A stretch of DNA of 64,000 nucleotides from a virus (taxonomy: Duplodnaviria > Heunggongvirae > Uroviricota > Caudoviricetes). The number at the start of each line of letters is the position of its first letter. The stretch's first letter is position 1. Under the pieces are notes generated by a model that saw nothing but the letters and a program-made list of their open reading frames with translations, did not search any database and had not been told where the DNA came from. The translations under genes and the position numbers were made by a program. Below are positions 18,136 to 26,534 of this stretch, piece by piece. The stretch is from positions 57,364 to 121,363 of IMG/VR virus record IMGVR_UViG_3300043466_002831; one strand, given 5' to 3'.

Positions 18136-18447
18136 ATGAATCTAAAAGAATCCATAAGAAGAATAATAAGAGAAGAATTTAAATCGAAATTCTTTATTAG
18201 AAGAGTTGATTTAGATTTAGCTAAAGACATGCTTCCAATTAATGCAGAACAAGTATACCATGAAACTGAAAGTTATGAGCAATTCAAATATGAATTAACT
18301 TTAAGGGTTGTGGAAGCAATTATGTGGAATAAGTATGAACTTGGTTGGGAAGATTTACCTGAACAAGAAGAAATAGAATACGTGACTAAACTTTCGGATG
18401 CATTCGAGAAAACAATTAAACGGTTATATCATATTTATCATAATTAA
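18136..18447 (+). CDS. NTM family protein (MNLKESIR variant)
   Basis: MNLKESIRRIIREEFKSK; the AAGTATTTATTAATATG cassette lies upstream. Confidence 0.65.
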   Translation: MNLKESIRRIIREEFKSKFFIRRVDLDLAKDMLPINAEQVYHETESYEQFKYELTLRVVEAIMWNKYELGWEDLPEQEEIEYVTKLSDAFEKTIKRLYHIYHN

Positions 18448-18451
18448 TAAT

Positions 18452-18530
18452 ACAATTCATTCACTCACTACAAAGGGAGACTCCATTCGGGTCTCCTTTT
18501 TCGTTCACTCATGTATTGTATTATTTATCG
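18452..18530 (+). repeat. ~75-bp direct repeat copy A (contains terminator-like hairpin GGAGAC...GTCTCC + TTTTT)
   Basis: CATTCACTCACTACAAAGGGAGACTCCATTCGGGTCTCCTTTTTCGTTCACTCATGTATTGTATTATTT is nearly identical to the copy at 20808-20880. Confidence 0.8.
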
Positions 18531-18639
18531 TAACGGCCATTACGGTAATCCACATTACGATAATAATGCGTCATAAAAGGAACAAAACATATATACTTTG
18601 TCCCTTATAAGACACATTAAGTTAAATGAGGGGTGGGGA

Positions 18640-19077
18640 TTAATAAGGGTATGAAACAGTACGAGCATTCGTATTGAATACTCCATTAATAATATTCAAT
18701 AAAGGTTTACTCCAAATATTGATATCACCGAATAAACTTTCAAGTCTTTCATACATTTCCTCAGATAATACGATGAGGTCAAACTCCTCGTCACTTACGT
18801 CAGGACTATTTTGGCAAGGTTCAGGTAACTCATCTTTAAGTTCCTGAGGATAATCACCATTATCATCGTAATACTGTCTATTAACCAATTTAAATAGGTA
18901 GTCATCGTATTCCCTATCAGGTAGAACAAACCCTATGGCATAAGGGTCACAACATACACCCATACCACAATTAAAATCAGCCCAATTATAATAACAATTA
19001 TCAAATCCCTCAAAAGAAATATCAATGTAGTTGTGAATAACTTTAGTAAGTTTAGATTCTGAGATAGTTACTTTCAT
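18640..19077 (-). CDS. NTM-like family protein
   Basis: MKVTISESKLTKVIHNYIDISF on the minus strand. Confidence 0.55.
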   Translation of the reverse strand: MKVTISESKLTKVIHNYIDISFEGFDNCYYNWADFNCGMGVCCDPYAIGFVLPDREYDDYLFKLVNRQYYDDNGDYPQELKDELPEPCQNSPDVSDEEFDLIVLSEEMYERLESLFGDINIWSKPLLNIINGVFNTNARTVSYPY

Positions 19078-19386
19078 ATAAAATAAATATAGGTCAACAA
19101 CCTTATATTCCCTTACGGTAATATTCTTTCAGATTACAGTTATACTTTCAGGTATAATACCGTTCGGTATAATACAATTACATCTCTATAAAGGATATGT
19201 GGTAATAATTAGGACATATCCTAAACAGTAATGTATAATTGTTTTACATGATACGGTTCTCATGTATAGAAAGTTTACATACGGTAAATTTAAATGATTT
19301 TACCGTTTACTCTAAATCTGACGGTAAAATATTTGAAGATATAAAAAATATTAATATATTTGTATCATTAACTAACAATAAGAACA

Positions 19387-19614
19387 ATGAGTATAGAGAT
19401 TACTTTACCACCATTTGATGAATCAAGTGCATTCCACAAAGCGGATACGATTGATGGTCAATGGTTATCATTGGTCAAAACTGAAAGGGAATGGCAAAAA
19501 CAAAAACTGATTGAGATATTCGGACATGAAAACGCAGGACCAAGATGGCAATACATGAACGGATTGATTGATATGGCATTACGATATATTGAATTAACTA
19601 AAGAGGAAGAATAA
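19387..19614 (+). CDS. hypothetical small protein
   Basis: 75-aa ORF. Confidence 0.45.
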   Translation: MSIEITLPPFDESSAFHKADTIDGQWLSLVKTEREWQKQKLIEIFGHENAGPRWQYMNGLIDMALRYIELTKEEE

Positions 19615-19653
19615 TATTAAAATAAGAATGTTTTGTCTTAACAATATTTATAC

Positions 19654-19661
19654 TATATTTG
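19654..19661 (+). promoter_or_regulatory. -7 promoter box TATATTTG, 4 nt upstream of ATG 19666
   Basis: TAnnTTTG-N4-ATG. Confidence 0.5.
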
Positions 19662-19665
19662 TACT

Positions 19666-19842
19666 ATGATGACTACAATACACTCCATGACAGAAGAACA
19701 GGCGATTAAGAACAAGGAACGTTTTAATTCCAAACGAGAACAGATTAAAGAATCCGACATAGCACTATGGAATTATTTGTGCGGGGATGGAGATACCCAA
19801 CACCTGTTTGACTATTACGAACTTTTAGAACAAGGTAAGTAA
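19666..19842 (+). CDS. hypothetical small protein (58 aa, below ORF-track cutoff)
   Basis: ATG preceded by TATATTTG-N4; a perfect terminator hairpin follows. Confidence 0.4.
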   Translation: MMTTIHSMTEEQAIKNKERFNSKREQIKESDIALWNYLCGDGDTQHLFDYYELLEQGK

Positions 19843-19856
19843 AAAAATATTTAAAA

Positions 19857-19882
19857 CCTCACTGTAATGGTGAGGTTTTTTT
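19857..19882 (+). terminator. rho-independent terminator
   Basis: CCTCAC-TGTAATG-GTGAGG perfect stem followed by TTTTTTT. Confidence 0.8.
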
Positions 19883-19883
19883 G

Positions 19884-19891
19884 TATATTTG
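19884..19891 (+). promoter_or_regulatory. -7 promoter box TATATTTG, 4 nt upstream of HNH ATG
   Basis: TAnnTTTG-N4-ATG. Confidence 0.55.
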
Positions 19892-19895
19892 TATT

Positions 19896-20804
19896 ATGTT
19901 AGTTCGCGAGTGTCCATCATGTAATAGTAATATCACATATTCTAATAAGGATAATTTTAATAGTGCCAATAAAAAAGGTAGTTTGTGTAAAAAGTGTGCC
20001 GAGGCAGAGAAACACGGTAGAAAAACTATTACGGACATAAATACATTTTTTAGACTCTATAGCGAAGAACGTAGAAGTGTGGAGGATATTGCAAAACACT
20101 TTGAAGTGTTACCTAGCACTGTTAAAAATTATGCCAACCATAATAAAATAAACAGACGAGATTACGATATTATTATGGAAAAAGAAGGTAAAAAAAGGTG
20201 TCATGGATGTAAATCTTTTTATGTCTTTGATGACTTTCATAAAAACAATAACACTAGAGATGGATTGGTAACCAAGTGTAAAAAATGTATGTGTGAGAAA
20301 TCAAATGATTATAAAGATAAAAATCTTGAACGAGTGTTAAAATCTACAAAGGAATATTCAAAACGAATGAAAGAAGAAAATCCTGAGACCTTTAAAAAGT
20401 GGAGAAAAACCGCTAAAAAAAATTACTTAAACAGTGAGATTGGTAAGTGGGATAGTAAATGTCGTTCTATATTAAAAAGAGCTTTATCTAAAATGGGTTT
20501 AACTAAAAATGATACCACTAACAAATTATTAGGGTATTCACCTAAACAACTTCTTGATTATTTAAAAACTTTTGATTTATATTATGAGGGTGGATATGAA
20601 GTTGACCACAAAGTACCTATTAGTTATTTTAAATTAGGAACTCACCCAAGTATCATTAATTCATTATGTAATTTACAATTAACCACCATTAAATATAATC
20701 AAAATAAAAGTAATAAGTTTGCCGACCCAATTACTATTGATTATTATGATAATATTAAACTACATATTAAAGAAGAATGTCTTAATAAACTTATTGTGAA
20801 ATAA
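19896..20804 (+). CDS. HNH homing endonuclease with two N-terminal Cys4 zinc-finger-like modules
   Basis: CPSCNS...CKKC and CHGCKS...CKKCMC; C-terminal HNH signature YEVDHKVPISYF...N. ATG at 19896 preceded by TATATTTG-N4. Flanked by a 75-bp direct repeat. Confidence 0.7.
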   Translation: MLVRECPSCNSNITYSNKDNFNSANKKGSLCKKCAEAEKHGRKTITDINTFFRLYSEERRSVEDIAKHFEVLPSTVKNYANHNKINRRDYDIIMEKEGKKRCHGCKSFYVFDDFHKNNNTRDGLVTKCKKCMCEKSNDYKDKNLERVLKSTKEYSKRMKEENPETFKKWRKTAKKNYLNSEIGKWDSKCRSILKRALSKMGLTKNDTTNKLLGYSPKQLLDYLKTFDLYYEGGYEVDHKVPISYFKLGTHPSIINSLCNLQLTTIKYNQNKSNKFADPITIDYYDNIKLHIKEECLNKLIVK

Positions 20805-20807
20805 TAC

Positions 20808-20880
20808 ATTCCATTCACTCACTACAAAGGGAGACTCCATTCGGGTCTCCTTTTTCGTTCACTCATGTATTGTATTATTT
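20808..20880 (+). repeat. ~75-bp direct repeat copy B
   Basis: Same sequence as 18452-18530, immediately downstream of the HNH endonuclease gene. Confidence 0.8.
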
Positions 20881-21490
20881 CCCCCGCCTAATAGTCGGGT
20901 CCCCACCTAAACGAATAGACAGGTGAGATGTGATGTAGTGGATTATATGAGATTACATATAAGATAAGACCTTCGGTAAGAATTATATGTAATAAGATAT
21001 AATCCATAGAGTGTGGGTCAGGGATGGACTCGTAAGATAAGACCTACGGTCTATAATTAGAGAGTCCATTATTCTCCCACTTTCCTCCACTACGAGTTGT
21101 CTCCACTACGAAGGGACATAGATTGTCCACCTAACGAGGGGGTTTAATAACAAGTCGGTTCCCTCGTTGAAGGGGGATAAAATCCCTCTGAAACACTCCC
21201 TACGGTCGTTTCCCCGCCCTCTACACTTAGTGTTCCTTTTTTATCTGGAAATCGTATATAGTAAAAAAATGGTCCTCCTGATAGTGTCAGGGGGAAAAAA
21301 GTGGTCTTAATACTATCGTAATAAAGGAAATGGTGGTAGAAAGTGGGGGGAATTAGTACATAGGTGGGGAACCAAAAACCCGTCAAGGGATTATCCCCAA
21401 TGCAACGAGTCCCCTGACATTTTGACATTTCCAAATTTTTACCCCTAAAGTTATCAACAATCGACATTTATTTTCCCCCCTGACATAGTG
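20881..21490 (+). ncRNA. GC-enriched structured non-coding element (candidate structured RNA, intron-like or ribozyme-like; or replication-origin structure)
   Basis: Nested perfect hairpins: 20941-21004 (GATTATAT / TTACATATAA arms with a UUCG loop) and 21024-21069 (ATGGACTC / GAGTCCAT enclosing AGACC-UACG-GGTCT). Further helices AACGAGGG / CCCTCGTT and GGGGAT / ATCCC. No convincing ORF. Confidence 0.4.
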
Positions 21491-21554
21491 TCATGTGGAT
21501 AACTTAATTGTTAATAACTTTATTTTTATATGTTCCCCAACTATAATTAACGTC

Positions 21555-21797
21555 ATGAAGTATGTACTGACAGAAATAGATGACAGGATTAGAGTGACCA
21601 TCTCTAATGACGATAAAGAAATAGGTCTCCTTTATTTCGAGAAGGCTAAACTCAACTTTACAAATAAACCATTAAGCATGGGGTCATGGGCATGTGTCGA
21701 TGCCAAGATAGAAGATGATAGTATATTCCATGAAGGGTTCACCCCCAAACAAATGGTGGGGGAATGTCAGGACCTGATTAAAGCGGCGGGGTATTAA
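21555..21797 (+). CDS. hypothetical small protein (uncertain)
   Basis: ORF downstream of the structured non-coding region; MKYVLTEIDD is the more likely start than the track start 21495. Confidence 0.3.
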   Translation: MKYVLTEIDDRIRVTISNDDKEIGLLYFEKAKLNFTNKPLSMGSWACVDAKIEDDSIFHEGFTPKQMVGECQDLIKAAGY

Positions 21798-22262
21798 TTG
21801 TCCTTCTTAAAGAACATATTATATATCCCCACGACTAACCATCCCATGAATAGGTAAAACAAAATCTTTCTCATTAGAGTCTCTCTTTAATAAGTTTCTT
21901 AATATCATCCAAAGTGGTGACCTCTTTGTCCCCCAACATATCCTTAATAGAATTGTAAGCCCAAAGAACTGCGTAACCGATAACAACTGCTTTAATGAAT
22001 TTTTTCATGGTATATATATTTTCAACAAATATATGGAATAGTTGACACTATTCCAAATAAATTCAAACAATATTTCAATCCACCAAAGGGGCGGGGAAAA
22101 AAGATTAACCTCCTATAAAAAAATATAGGACGAGCTGCCTCTGATTAAGCTCCAAGGTATGTTCCACCTAGCCCTTCCTACTCCATCTTTCAGACAATAC
22201 AAAGGTACGGATTATATTTGACAACCCCAAACCTAAACACGAATATTTATTAATATATTTAA

Positions 22263-22700
22263 ATGACCATGACAGAAGAAGAACTATATGACAACTATGA
22301 ATTTAAGGTGACCAAGAGAGCCCTGATGAGAGAGTTTCCATTCATTAAGAATGTGTATGTGAAAGACCCCGCCACTATTGACCAATACAAGTCCTTCATC
22401 TTCTTAGATGCCGATATTAATCCCTATGAGTTCTCACATATGTATGGACTTAAGGTGGACAGGATAACAGACAAATACCTAAGACGAGGTGAACCTTATT
22501 GGGGACCATACCTTTCCCTGTTCATTACAGGTGGGGTTGATGATACATGGCCCATTAAGAAAGCCATTGGTGATTTGATTGATGGTATTCATAAGTCACC
22601 TGCCATACCACAAGAACTAAAGTTGGATAGGGAACTTGAGATATCATCTTACCATGCCAATCCTGATACTCTACCACGTGACATCATGTCATACAAATAA
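22263..22700 (+). CDS. hypothetical protein
   Basis: 145-aa ORF within the non-coding-rich hub. Confidence 0.5.
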   Translation: MTMTEEELYDNYEFKVTKRALMREFPFIKNVYVKDPATIDQYKSFIFLDADINPYEFSHMYGLKVDRITDKYLRRGEPYWGPYLSLFITGGVDDTWPIKKAIGDLIDGIHKSPAIPQELKLDRELEISSYHANPDTLPRDIMSYK

Positions 22701-22856
22701 AAGTTATTAACAATGGGAGGGGAGGGATAAAAGTTATTAACATGTCCCCCCTTTGGCATGGGGGCATACCCCCCTATGGGTACCCCCTCCCCCCCGTATC
22801 CCCCCTTACATACTGTCATATTGTCAGTTTAGGGGGGATAATCCCCTGTATAACGG

Positions 22857-22901
22857 GAAATAAAATTTTGGGAAAAAAATGTTCCTTTTTTGACTATTTA
22901 T
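22857..22901 (+). repeat. 45-bp direct repeat copy 1 (promoter-region repeat)
   Basis: GAAATAAAATTTTGGGAAAAAAATGTTCCTTTTTTGACTATTTAT is 43/45 identical to the copy at 23079-23123. Confidence 0.75.
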
Positions 22902-23007
22902 CTTATAGTAAAACTTATATATATGAAAAAGAATATCTGTTTATTGATTAAAAAAATTACTTTCGGGAAAGTTTGTCTCGGATGGTGTAAAATTTAATTA
23001 ACTTTAA

Positions 23008-23032
23008 CCCCTCCCACAAAGAGGGGTTTTTT
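23008..23032 (+). terminator. rho-independent terminator
   Basis: CCCCTC-CCACAAA-GAGGGG followed by TTTTTT. Confidence 0.7.
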
Positions 23033-23078
23033 ATTTCCTATAAACACGACCCCCTGTTTCGATTTAGTCCTATATACT

Positions 23079-23123
23079 GAAATAAAATTTTGGGAAAAAA
23101 ATGTCCCTTTTTTGACTATTTAT
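23079..23123 (+). repeat. 45-bp direct repeat copy 2
   Basis: GAAATAAAATTTTGGGAAAAAAATGTCCCTTTTTTGACTATTTAT, immediately upstream of the gene starting at 23129. Confidence 0.75.
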
Positions 23124-23128
23124 ATATT

Positions 23129-23428
23129 ATGGAAAAAGCGTTTGAGAAACTTCTTAGGAAATTGTTGTTAGAAAAGTATCCGATTTATTTGGATGTCCAT
23201 GTTTCCGAATCGGGAAAGTATACCCCTAATAAAAGAATTTGTTATGAGGTATTTCTTATTATTTTTGATGAATATTATGGAACATCTTGGAGTACAAAAC
23301 AAATTGATGAGGTTAAAGAATATGTTAATACTCTTGCAAAATATATGGATATAAATATTTGTGGGATTTATCATGAAGTTGTTAATGAGCAAGAATGGGA
23401 AGAAATGAAATTACCTATTAAAAATTAA
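23129..23428 (+). CDS. hypothetical protein
   Basis: ATG at 23129 (MEKAFEKLL...). The track start lies in the upstream 45-bp repeat. Terminator follows. Confidence 0.5.
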   Translation: MEKAFEKLLRKLLLEKYPIYLDVHVSESGKYTPNKRICYEVFLIIFDEYYGTSWSTKQIDEVKEYVNTLAKYMDINICGIYHEVVNEQEWEEMKLPIKN

Positions 23429-23430
23429 AC

Positions 23431-23455
23431 CCCCTCCCAACAGAGGGGTTTTTTT
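23431..23455 (+). terminator. rho-independent terminator
   Basis: CCCCTC-CCAACA-GAGGGG followed by TTTTTTT. Confidence 0.75.
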
Positions 23456-23505
23456 ATAATCCTCCAAATGTATGTTATAAAGGTGGGATTTGGAGGATTA
23501 TAACT
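23453..23505 (+). other. 13-bp perfect inverted repeat hairpin
   Basis: TAATCCTCCAAAT ...22 nt... ATTTGGAGGATTA, directly after a terminator. Confidence 0.6.
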
Positions 23506-23795
23506 TTTGTATTATATTTGTGGGATGGAAATATAGGGGTACATTTGGGGTTTCCAAAACACGACCCCCCTTTTGAAAAAGGTCCTAATATGTCAAAAAA
23601 AATTTTTGGGATTTTTTCTGTAAAATGGAACTCTACTAATTTGTAAAGTAAAACCCTTATAATATGTAAAGTGTGGGATTTTCCCCAACGGTAATATCCT
23701 GATAAATTAGGGGTGTATTATATTAAAGATTACCGAACGGGAATATCATTAACGGAGGGGTTTTTTATTTCAATTAATTTTATTATCTTTGTCTT

Positions 23796-24014
23796 ATGGA
23801 ACCTGATGAAAATGGATTAACCCATGTTACCTTACCTGAATTTATAAATACCATTTATGATATGAATGGGGAATTCAAATTAGATTGTTTGGATTTGGAT
23901 GGTATAGGTTTAGATACGAATATAGTATTGGTAAAATTAAAGGAGGTTGCACAAAGAAGTAAGATGGGGGGTAATAAAGGAATACATTTAACTTATGAAA
24001 AAGAAGGGGTATAG
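23796..24014 (+). CDS. hypothetical small protein
   Basis: 72-aa ORF. Confidence 0.4.
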   Translation: MEPDENGLTHVTLPEFINTIYDMNGEFKLDCLDLDGIGLDTNIVLVKLKEVAQRSKMGGNKGIHLTYEKEGV

Positions 24015-24160
24015 TTATTTGGACTATTATGGTCTTAGTCAGTATCGTGATGTAATTGAGGATGCCAAGGAAAAACTCAGGGAACAAATTAGACTTCAAA
24101 AGATTGAGGAGAGTAGAAGATTACTCGGAGGTAAAGAAGGTATACACTTAAAAGATAAAG

Positions 24161-24508
24161 ATGGATAAAGAAAAATTATTGGTTGGGGTTTTGTTTGGAG
24201 TTATTGCACAGACAATGACATTCTTTCAACTTCAAGGTCAATTAAAATATGAGTGGTTTAAGAATCATTATTGGTTGGTTGTTTTAATGGGGATTCCAAT
24301 CTCCATGTTATTCATGTTCTCTGTAAAGAATATGATTCTTGCTTATGGTGGGGAAATGTGGCCTTCAAGGTTAATTGGGTTTTCGATTGGGGCAATTGTC
24401 TTCACATATTTTAGTTGGTCGTTGTTTGGTGAACCCCTAACTTTGAAAACCATTATATGTTTGATGTTGGCTGTTTCCATATTGATGGTACAATTAATTA
24501 TGAGGTGA
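24161..24508 (+). CDS. small multi-pass membrane protein (SMR/DMT-like)
   Basis: Four hydrophobic helices in 115 aa. Confidence 0.5.
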   Translation: MDKEKLLVGVLFGVIAQTMTFFQLQGQLKYEWFKNHYWLVVLMGIPISMLFMFSVKNMILAYGGEMWPSRLIGFSIGAIVFTYFSWSLFGEPLTLKTIICLMLAVSILMVQLIMR

Positions 24509-24627
24509 TGGAAGAGGAAGATGACCAATGGTGTTATTATAGTGGCATGCCATCACCGATGGCTTATGCGAAATGTGATAAGTGTGGGGAGTTGTTGGAT
24601 GAATGTGAATGTGAAGAAAAAATATAA
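24508..24627 (+). CDS. tiny Cys-rich peptide (39 aa)
   Basis: TGATG overlap with the upstream gene; CDKCGELLDECEC. Terminator follows. Confidence 0.3.
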   Translation: MEEEDDQWCYYSGMPSPMAYAKCDKCGELLDECECEEKI

Positions 24628-24639
24628 AAATTAAAATAC

Positions 24640-24666
24640 CCCCATCTTTTTTAGGTGGGGTTTTTT
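24640..24666 (+). terminator. rho-independent terminator
   Basis: CCCCATCT-TTTTT-AGGTGGGG followed by TTTTTT. Confidence 0.7.
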
Positions 24667-24669
24667 GTT

Positions 24670-24677
24670 TATCTTTG
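24670..24677 (+). promoter_or_regulatory. -7 promoter box TATCTTTG, 4 nt upstream of ATG 24682
   Basis: TAnnTTTG-N4-ATG, immediately after a terminator. Confidence 0.5.
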
Positions 24678-24681
24678 ATGT

Positions 24682-25014
24682 ATGATAGAAGATATAAAAG
24701 TAATTCACCTCAAAAGTAATGCTCAACAACTTGAAACATGGATTGCCATGTTGAATGGGGAAATTGTGGGACACATCTATATGGAACGTGAAGAAAAGGA
24801 AAAGATTAAGTTTTTGGATGCTTGGGTTCATGAGGAACATAGATTGAAAGGTGTATTTAGAAAGTTGTGGGACACAAGATGGGAGTATGTTAAAAACCGT
24901 TATGCTGGTTATACTGTATATGCTTGGTGTAAACCAGGTTCATTGCCATTACTTTTGGAAAAAGGGTTTAGTGAAGGTGAAACATGTACGTATGTTGAAA
25001 AAATTGTAGAGTAA
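24682..25014 (+). CDS. GNAT-family N-acetyltransferase-like protein
   Basis: HRLKGVFRKL resembles GNAT motif A. TATCTTTG-N4-ATG upstream. Confidence 0.45.
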   Translation: MIEDIKVIHLKSNAQQLETWIAMLNGEIVGHIYMEREEKEKIKFLDAWVHEEHRLKGVFRKLWDTRWEYVKNRYAGYTVYAWCKPGSLPLLLEKGFSEGETCTYVEKIVE

Positions 25015-25018
25015 GATT

Positions 25019-25282
25019 ATGGAAGAAATTAAATATCAGGTGGGTGTTGACCTAACCATTAGAGATGGAAGATACTATTTTAAAATCTTGGCACAAGAAG
25101 GTCTTGATGTTGAAAATATACGTTCCGTCTTGGCTGGTGGATTATCTCTAACAATCCTATCAGAAAAAACTCCTGAGAAACAGGGTCAGGCTCTTCGTGG
25201 TGTTATTAAGTATTTGGAGAGTGAGTTGGTTAATATTGATTCGTTCACTGATATTGGTGGACCAGTTGTACCAAACGAATAG
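25019..25282 (+). CDS. hypothetical protein
   Basis: 87-aa ORF. Confidence 0.45.
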   Translation: MEEIKYQVGVDLTIRDGRYYFKILAQEGLDVENIRSVLAGGLSLTILSEKTPEKQGQALRGVIKYLESELVNIDSFTDIGGPVVPNE

Positions 25283-25299
25283 TCAGTATATTTATTGAC

Positions 25300-25617
25300 A
25301 TGAAGTACCTCATCACCGAATCCAGGTTGGAAAACTTAATATACAAGTATCTTGAATCGAAAAGTCTTTATTTGTTAAGCACGGTTAATTCACGTCATTT
25401 TTTTCCTTCCCGTAAATCTATTGATGATGGTGAGTACCCGATTATATCCTACGATAATAAGAACAAAGATTGTTTTGTTAGTTCCACTTTTGTTGAGGAT
25501 GTATGTTCTTTGTTTTCCATTGACCCCGAATATTCTTTGAAGGTTATATCTGAATGGGTTGGAAATAAATTGGATGTTGAAATTGAATCATATAATTCCG
25601 ACTTTGGTGCCGACTAA
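25300..25617 (+). CDS. NTM family protein (array member 1)
   Basis: MKYLITESRLENLIYKYLES. Confidence 0.7.
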   Translation: MKYLITESRLENLIYKYLESKSLYLLSTVNSRHFFPSRKSIDDGEYPIISYDNKNKDCFVSSTFVEDVCSLFSIDPEYSLKVISEWVGNKLDVEIESYNSDFGAD

Positions 25618-25632
25618 CAAATATTTATTGAC

Positions 25633-25872
25633 ATGAAATATATTATTACCGAATCACAACATCAAAACATTATTCATGATTATTTGGAAAAGTATATTGA
25701 TTCGGATTGCGTTAGAATTAAAAAAACCCCTAACTATATTAGTGTTGATGTTGAAAGTCCAAGTTATTTTGAAGAACAGGGATTTGATAAATCTGATGTT
25801 GTCAGAATAAAAAACTTTCTGAAAAAGAACTCTTTTCAGTATGCGTTTGGAGAATACATTAAAAAAATATGA
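25633..25872 (+). CDS. NTM family protein (array member 2)
   Basis: MKYIITESQHQNIIHDYLEKY. Confidence 0.7.
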   Translation: MKYIITESQHQNIIHDYLEKYIDSDCVRIKKTPNYISVDVESPSYFEEQGFDKSDVVRIKNFLKKNSFQYAFGEYIKKI

Positions 25873-26534
25873 AGTATATCATCACCGAATCTCAGCGTCA
25901 AACATTATTGATGGAAACCGTATCTCCTCCGATTCGTAGAAGGTTGAGTTTTGAGAATATGAAAGATGAGATGGATTCCATTATTGAACATACTTTGAAT
26001 CCCTGTGATTTTGATAATGCTGGAACTTTTATTGAGGATGCCTGTGATATGTTTGTTTATATCTATCTTGAAGATTTGCAAGCATCATCTAAAGATAAGG
26101 ATTCTCTTTATTATTATGCCGTTGACGTATTTGGAAAATATCTTGTGGAAGTTTATAATGAGAGATGTGGTGGCAAAGATGGTTTAAACGAATCGGTAGG
26201 TGATTTAAGTAGGAAGGCCAAAATTTTAAAAAGATATACAGAAGATATGTTATCTGAGAAACCATGGTTTAATGGTTTGGATATTACCATATCTAACTAT
26301 CAAACATCACATAAAGACGAAAATGGTCGTCGTTATTTAACCACAATCCCCATCTTTACATTTAAGATTAATACAAGTGGTATTCCTAAAAGTATTTCAT
26401 ATAATGATGTTATTAAACTTGAAAATGAGGTTTCGGACATTGTTGTTCCGTTATTTACTTCTTTGTTCCCTTATGAAGATGAAGATGACAACTTGGATGC
26501 GGTTTGGGATACAAAATTTGATTTTCACTTATGA
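25869..26534 (+). CDS. NTM family protein (array member 3)
   Basis: MKYIITESQRQTLLMETVS; ATGA overlap with the upstream gene. Confidence 0.7.
   Translation: MKYIITESQRQTLLMETVSPPIRRRLSFENMKDEMDSIIEHTLNPCDFDNAGTFIEDACDMFVYIYLEDLQASSKDKDSLYYYAVDVFGKYLVEVYNERCGGKDGLNESVGDLSRKAKILKRYTEDMLSEKPWFNGLDITISNYQTSHKDENGRRYLTTIPIFTFKINTSGIPKSISYNDVIKLENEVSDIVVPLFTSLFPYEDEDDNLDAVWDTKFDFHL

Noticed and set aside
21144-21467. 107-aa minus-strand ORF inside the GC-rich structured region
   Set aside because: Aberrant composition (Pro/Gly/Phe/Tyr-rich, no start context). It lies entirely within nested hairpins, so it is more likely a chance ORF in a structured non-coding element.
20881-21490. Definite call as a group I intron
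   Set aside because: Only the circumstantial pattern is visible (an adjacent HNH gene plus a structured GC-rich RNA-like region). No interrupted host ORF or recognisable P7/P3 core could be verified by eye, so it is kept as a hypothesis.
22742-22951. 69-aa ORF MSPLWHGGIPPYGYPLPP...
   Set aside because: It spans the G/C-tract hairpin and the 45-bp promoter repeat. The composition is Pro/Gly-rich and there is no promoter box.
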